64,000 nucleotides of DNA, from NCBI GenBank assembly GCA_049430265.1, contig JBMTBW010000002.1, positions 112,620 to 176,619 on the forward strand, given 5' to 3'. Shown here one piece after another: positions 62,370 through 64,000 of this stretch. Made by a program: the position numbers and the translations under genes. The number at the start of each line of letters is the position of its first letter. Within the stretch, counting starts at the first letter, position 1. Under the pieces are notes generated by a model. That model searched no databases, was not told where the DNA came from, and worked only from the letters and a program-made list of their open reading frames with translations. Source of the stretch: Candidatus Nanopelagicaceae bacterium. GTDB taxonomy: Bacteria; Actinomycetota; Actinomycetes; Nanopelagicales; Nanopelagicaceae.

Positions 62370-63910
62370 TTTCCACTCCCAGCTCTAATGCGTGGGTCAA
62401 GGGCTGAATAAAGCAAATCTGCAATTAAATTGGCTAAAACAGCCAGAGTAGCTGTTATGAAGAAGACTCCCATTAGGAGATTTAGGTCAATAGTCGAAAT
62501 TGCCTTATTAAAGAGGGTTCCCATTCCATACCAACCAAATACTCGCTCAGTAATAATAGCTCCACCAATAATACCAACGATATCTGCCACCAAAATTGTA
62601 GTTAGCGGAATGAGAGTATTCCTAAATGCATGGCGCATAATTACAGTACGCTCAGTTAATCCCTTTGCTCTTGCAGTTCTTATGTAATCCTGATTTAAAA
62701 CTTCCAAAAGTGTTCCTCTAGAGAAGCGGACATATCCTGCTAGGGAAATCAAAGTTAATGCAATTGTTGGCAAAACAAGGTGGACAAGAATATCTAATGT
62801 TCTTATCCAATAATCTTCTTGCGGCAATAGCGGCTTAGATTGACCGAATGTTGGGACAGGACGGTAATTGACCGCATCCTCGCTCATGTATGCGCTCCAA
62901 GTTCTCATGTATTTGTCCACCACAATCAAAAAGGCAGATAGGAGCGCAGTCAAAATTGTGGTTCTGATCAGTGGCCCTCGATCAATGCGCGAGAAGAAGA
63001 GTGAAGTAATTGTGGCCACAAATATGGTTACAACGCCCAGGCCCAAAATTTGCAAAATAGATGTTTGGGAATTAAAAATAGACTGGATTGGGAAATACCA
63101 GCCTAATGTAAGAACTGACATGGTGAGGGAGGCATTTAATGCAGTTCTATTTGATAACCCAACTGATATATGAGTGACTGCAAATGCAATTCCCACAGAT
63201 AGAAGGAAAACAACGACTGGTCCAAGCCTTGGATTTGTGAACCATCCCAAAATTTCCAAACTTTTTATTGAAACGGCTGTGAAGATAAGCACTGTTGAGA
63301 AAATCAGCCAGAACTTTCCTCGGCTCCTAGTCAAAACGGAAGCCCAAAAGACTGCCGTAAGTAAGCTTAATGATAGGAGCCACCCAAATGGTATCTTTGG
63401 ATCAGATAAGAAATTATTAAACTGAATTGCCATATATTGCTTTAGTAGCACTGCTACCCAAAAAATTGGAAGTGAAAAAAGTAAAAACGCAAAAAATGTC
63501 ATTGTGTAATCAAAACGCGAATATTGACGCAGCGCACTAGCAATTCCAATGGCAATTCCAATTACGATAGCAACAAAGGTGGCTACAAAAACTAGACGAA
63601 TGCTGACTGGAATTGCATTTCCTATTTCGGTAGCAACGCTTAAGCTATCTCGAGTCAATCCAAAGTCAGCCTTGCCCCAAAAGATACCTACAACCCCCTT
63701 GAGCCAGATGAAGTAACGAAGCGGAGGCGGGACATCTAGGCGGAGCTGTCGGGTTAAATCAATAATTGCCTGGGCAGCCCCAGGATCATCGGAGAAGCGC
63801 AGTTCACCAATGGGGTCTCCAGAAATTGCGGCAAGATTGTAAAGAATAAAACTGGAACCGAAGAGGATTAGAAATAGAATGCCAAGACGTCTGATTACAT
63901 ATGCCAACAT
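62366..63910 (-). CDS. Peptide/nickel-type ABC transporter permease (OppB/DppB-like) with a large internal insertion
   Basis: EAA loop (DYIRTARAKGLTERTVIMRHAFRN). I chose ATG 63910 (MLAYVIRRLG) because AGAGGAGAG precedes it. At 514 aa it is well above the roughly 310-340 aa usual for this family. Confidence 0.8.
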   Translation of the reverse strand: MLAYVIRRLGILFLILFGSSFILYNLAAISGDPIGELRFSDDPGAAQAIIDLTRQLRLDVPPPLRYFIWLKGVVGIFWGKADFGLTRDSLSVATEIGNAIPVSIRLVFVATFVAIVIGIAIGIASALRQYSRFDYTMTFFAFLLFSLPIFWVAVLLKQYMAIQFNNFLSDPKIPFGWLLSLSLLTAVFWASVLTRSRGKFWLIFSTVLIFTAVSIKSLEILGWFTNPRLGPVVVFLLSVGIAFAVTHISVGLSNRTALNASLTMSVLTLGWYFPIQSIFNSQTSILQILGLGVVTIFVATITSLFFSRIDRGPLIRTTILTALLSAFLIVVDKYMRTWSAYMSEDAVNYRPVPTFGQSKPLLPQEDYWIRTLDILVHLVLPTIALTLISLAGYVRFSRGTLLEVLNQDYIRTARAKGLTERTVIMRHAFRNTLIPLTTILVADIVGIIGGAIITERVFGWYGMGTLFNKAISTIDLNLLMGVFFITATLAVLANLIADLLYSALDPRIRAGSGK

Positions 63911-64000
63911 CTCAATCTCTCCTCTTTTATGGATAAAACGGAGAGATACAGTGGCGCAAAACGCACCACTGTATCTGACCACATAAGCTAAAAAGCTACC

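Overview
This 64-kb window is a gene-dense chromosomal stretch of about 64 protein genes and 3 tRNAs, with more than 90% coding sequence and many 1-4 nt gene overlaps. It comes from a streamlined actinobacterium of moderate to low GC content. Several gene blocks follow the conserved actinobacterial backbone: lepA-rpsT-holA-comEC-comEA-leuS, histidine phosphatase-rsfS-nadD, ligA-mnmA-iscS-etfAB, glyQS-dus-dgt-dnaG-tRNA-Asn, and recO-uppS. DUF3145, blh and a split lycopene cyclase suggest a rhodopsin-bearing freshwater acI/Nanopelagicales-like lineage, but that is inference only.

Four accessory patches are inserted into this backbone:
- A retinal module (blh, crtYc, crtYd), 22.2-24.3 kb.
- An iron-type ABC importer plus a secreted GH25 muramidase, 24.5-30.7 kb.
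- A glycerol/galactoside block (glpD, glpK, GH36 alpha-galactosidase, galT, galK), 30.7-38.3 kb.
- A mixed patch at 56.9-61.3 kb: a Lys/Arg/Ala-repeat protein, an HTH regulator with a membrane protein and a CPBP protease, a eukaryote-like indoleamine 2,3-dioxygenase, and a PH-domain membrane protein.

I found no rRNA, CRISPR array, transposase, integrase, prophage or recognisable defence genes, and I cannot support a clear multi-gene novel system.

The most interesting signals are small-scale:
- A Leu-rich leader peptide with alternative hairpins upstream of leuA.
- A short ORF ending in Cys-Cys upstream of cysK-cysE.
- A near-perfect Zur-type palindrome over the promoter of a ZIP transporter.
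- Two divergent gene pairs only 19-21 bp apart that share a 7-bp TANNNTA element able to act as a -10 box on both strands (suggesting leaderless mRNAs).
- Palindromic TTAA dual stop codons at convergent gene junctions.
- The stand-alone basic repeat protein.
- The bacterial IDO homologue.

All family assignments rest on motifs read by eye from the translations. No database search was run.
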